Below, piece after piece: positions 63,660 through 64,000 of a stretch of DNA of 64,000 nt. The notes under the pieces are model-generated. The model worked only from the letters and a program-made list of their open reading frames with translations. It was not told the origin of the DNA and did not search any database. Both the position numbers and the translations under genes were made by a program. Every line of letters starts with the position of its first letter. Position 1 is the first letter of the stretch. The DNA comes from Lama glama (lineage: Eukaryota): positions 59,026,001 through 59,090,000 of the forward strand of contig CM052816.1 in NCBI GenBank assembly GCA_028534125.1. Reading direction: 5' to 3'.

Positions 63660-63785
63660 TTAAAGAACATATATTTTGAAAAACTAGAAATAGTCTCAAT
63701 AGACCCTTATACATTCTTTGTGTTGCTTTTATGTATTTTCTAAAGTGTTTATAGCCAATGTGTATTACTTTGAAAAAGAAAGTGA
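63660..63785 (+). mobile_element. Old L1ME-like 3' end
   Basis: tgcttttatgtattttctaaagtgtttatagccaatgtgtattactttgaaaaagaaa. Confidence 0.45.
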
Positions 63786-63899
63786 TATTAAGATGGCAAA
63801 AAAAAATTATGTATAATCCCTCAGGCTACAGGCATCTACTTCCATTTTAAAGTGTTCTCTTTTTCAGTGTTTGTCGATTTTGTGCAATTCTGGCATGCT

Positions 63900-63970
63900 T
63901 TAAAAAATTTATTGAGATGAAACTTACATAACATAAAGTTAACCATTGTTAAAGTGAATGACTCAGTTCC
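63900..63970 (-). mobile_element. Old L1MB-like 3' terminus
   Basis: tttattgagatgaaacttacataacataaagttaaccattgttaaagtgaatgactcagt. Confidence 0.7.
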
Positions 63971-64000
63971 AAAACATTTCCATCTGAATTTAAATGAGAT

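Noticed and set aside
1..64000. CRISPR arrays, operons, tRNA/rRNA/snRNA genes or a novel multi-gene system
   Set aside because: No regularly spaced repeats, gene-dense architecture or structured RNA gene consensus was seen. The recurring ~300-bp repeats are dispersed L1 3' ends.

Overview
Non-coding mammalian genomic DNA with one 499-N assembly gap (6964-7462). It is CpG-poor and rich in eutherian transposon fossils: MIR, L2, MaLR/ERVL LTRs, MER DNA transposons, and old and young L1. The young L1 3' ends and the absence of any recognisable Alu, B1/B2, Bov-tA, PRE or Can-SINE suggest a cetartiodactyl, possibly a camelid (inference). I found no credible host protein-coding exon, RNA gene or CRISPR array. 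Every ORF with a recognisable product is a decayed L1 ORF2 or ERV-L gag/dUTPase remnant. The window starts on a GTGAGT splice-donor motif and all nine young L1 copies lie on the minus strand, which together suggest a large intron of a plus-strand gene. The most structured region is 43.6-51.2 kb: an old L1 carrying an apparent local inversion, an internally deleted two-LTR ERV-L provirus (containing a MER58 that itself contains a young L1), a young L1 with a possible short 3' transduction, and a young L1 apparently associated with a deletion. I cannot support a novel biological system here. Repeat family names come from recalled consensus sequences, not a database search, and boundaries of old repeats are approximate.
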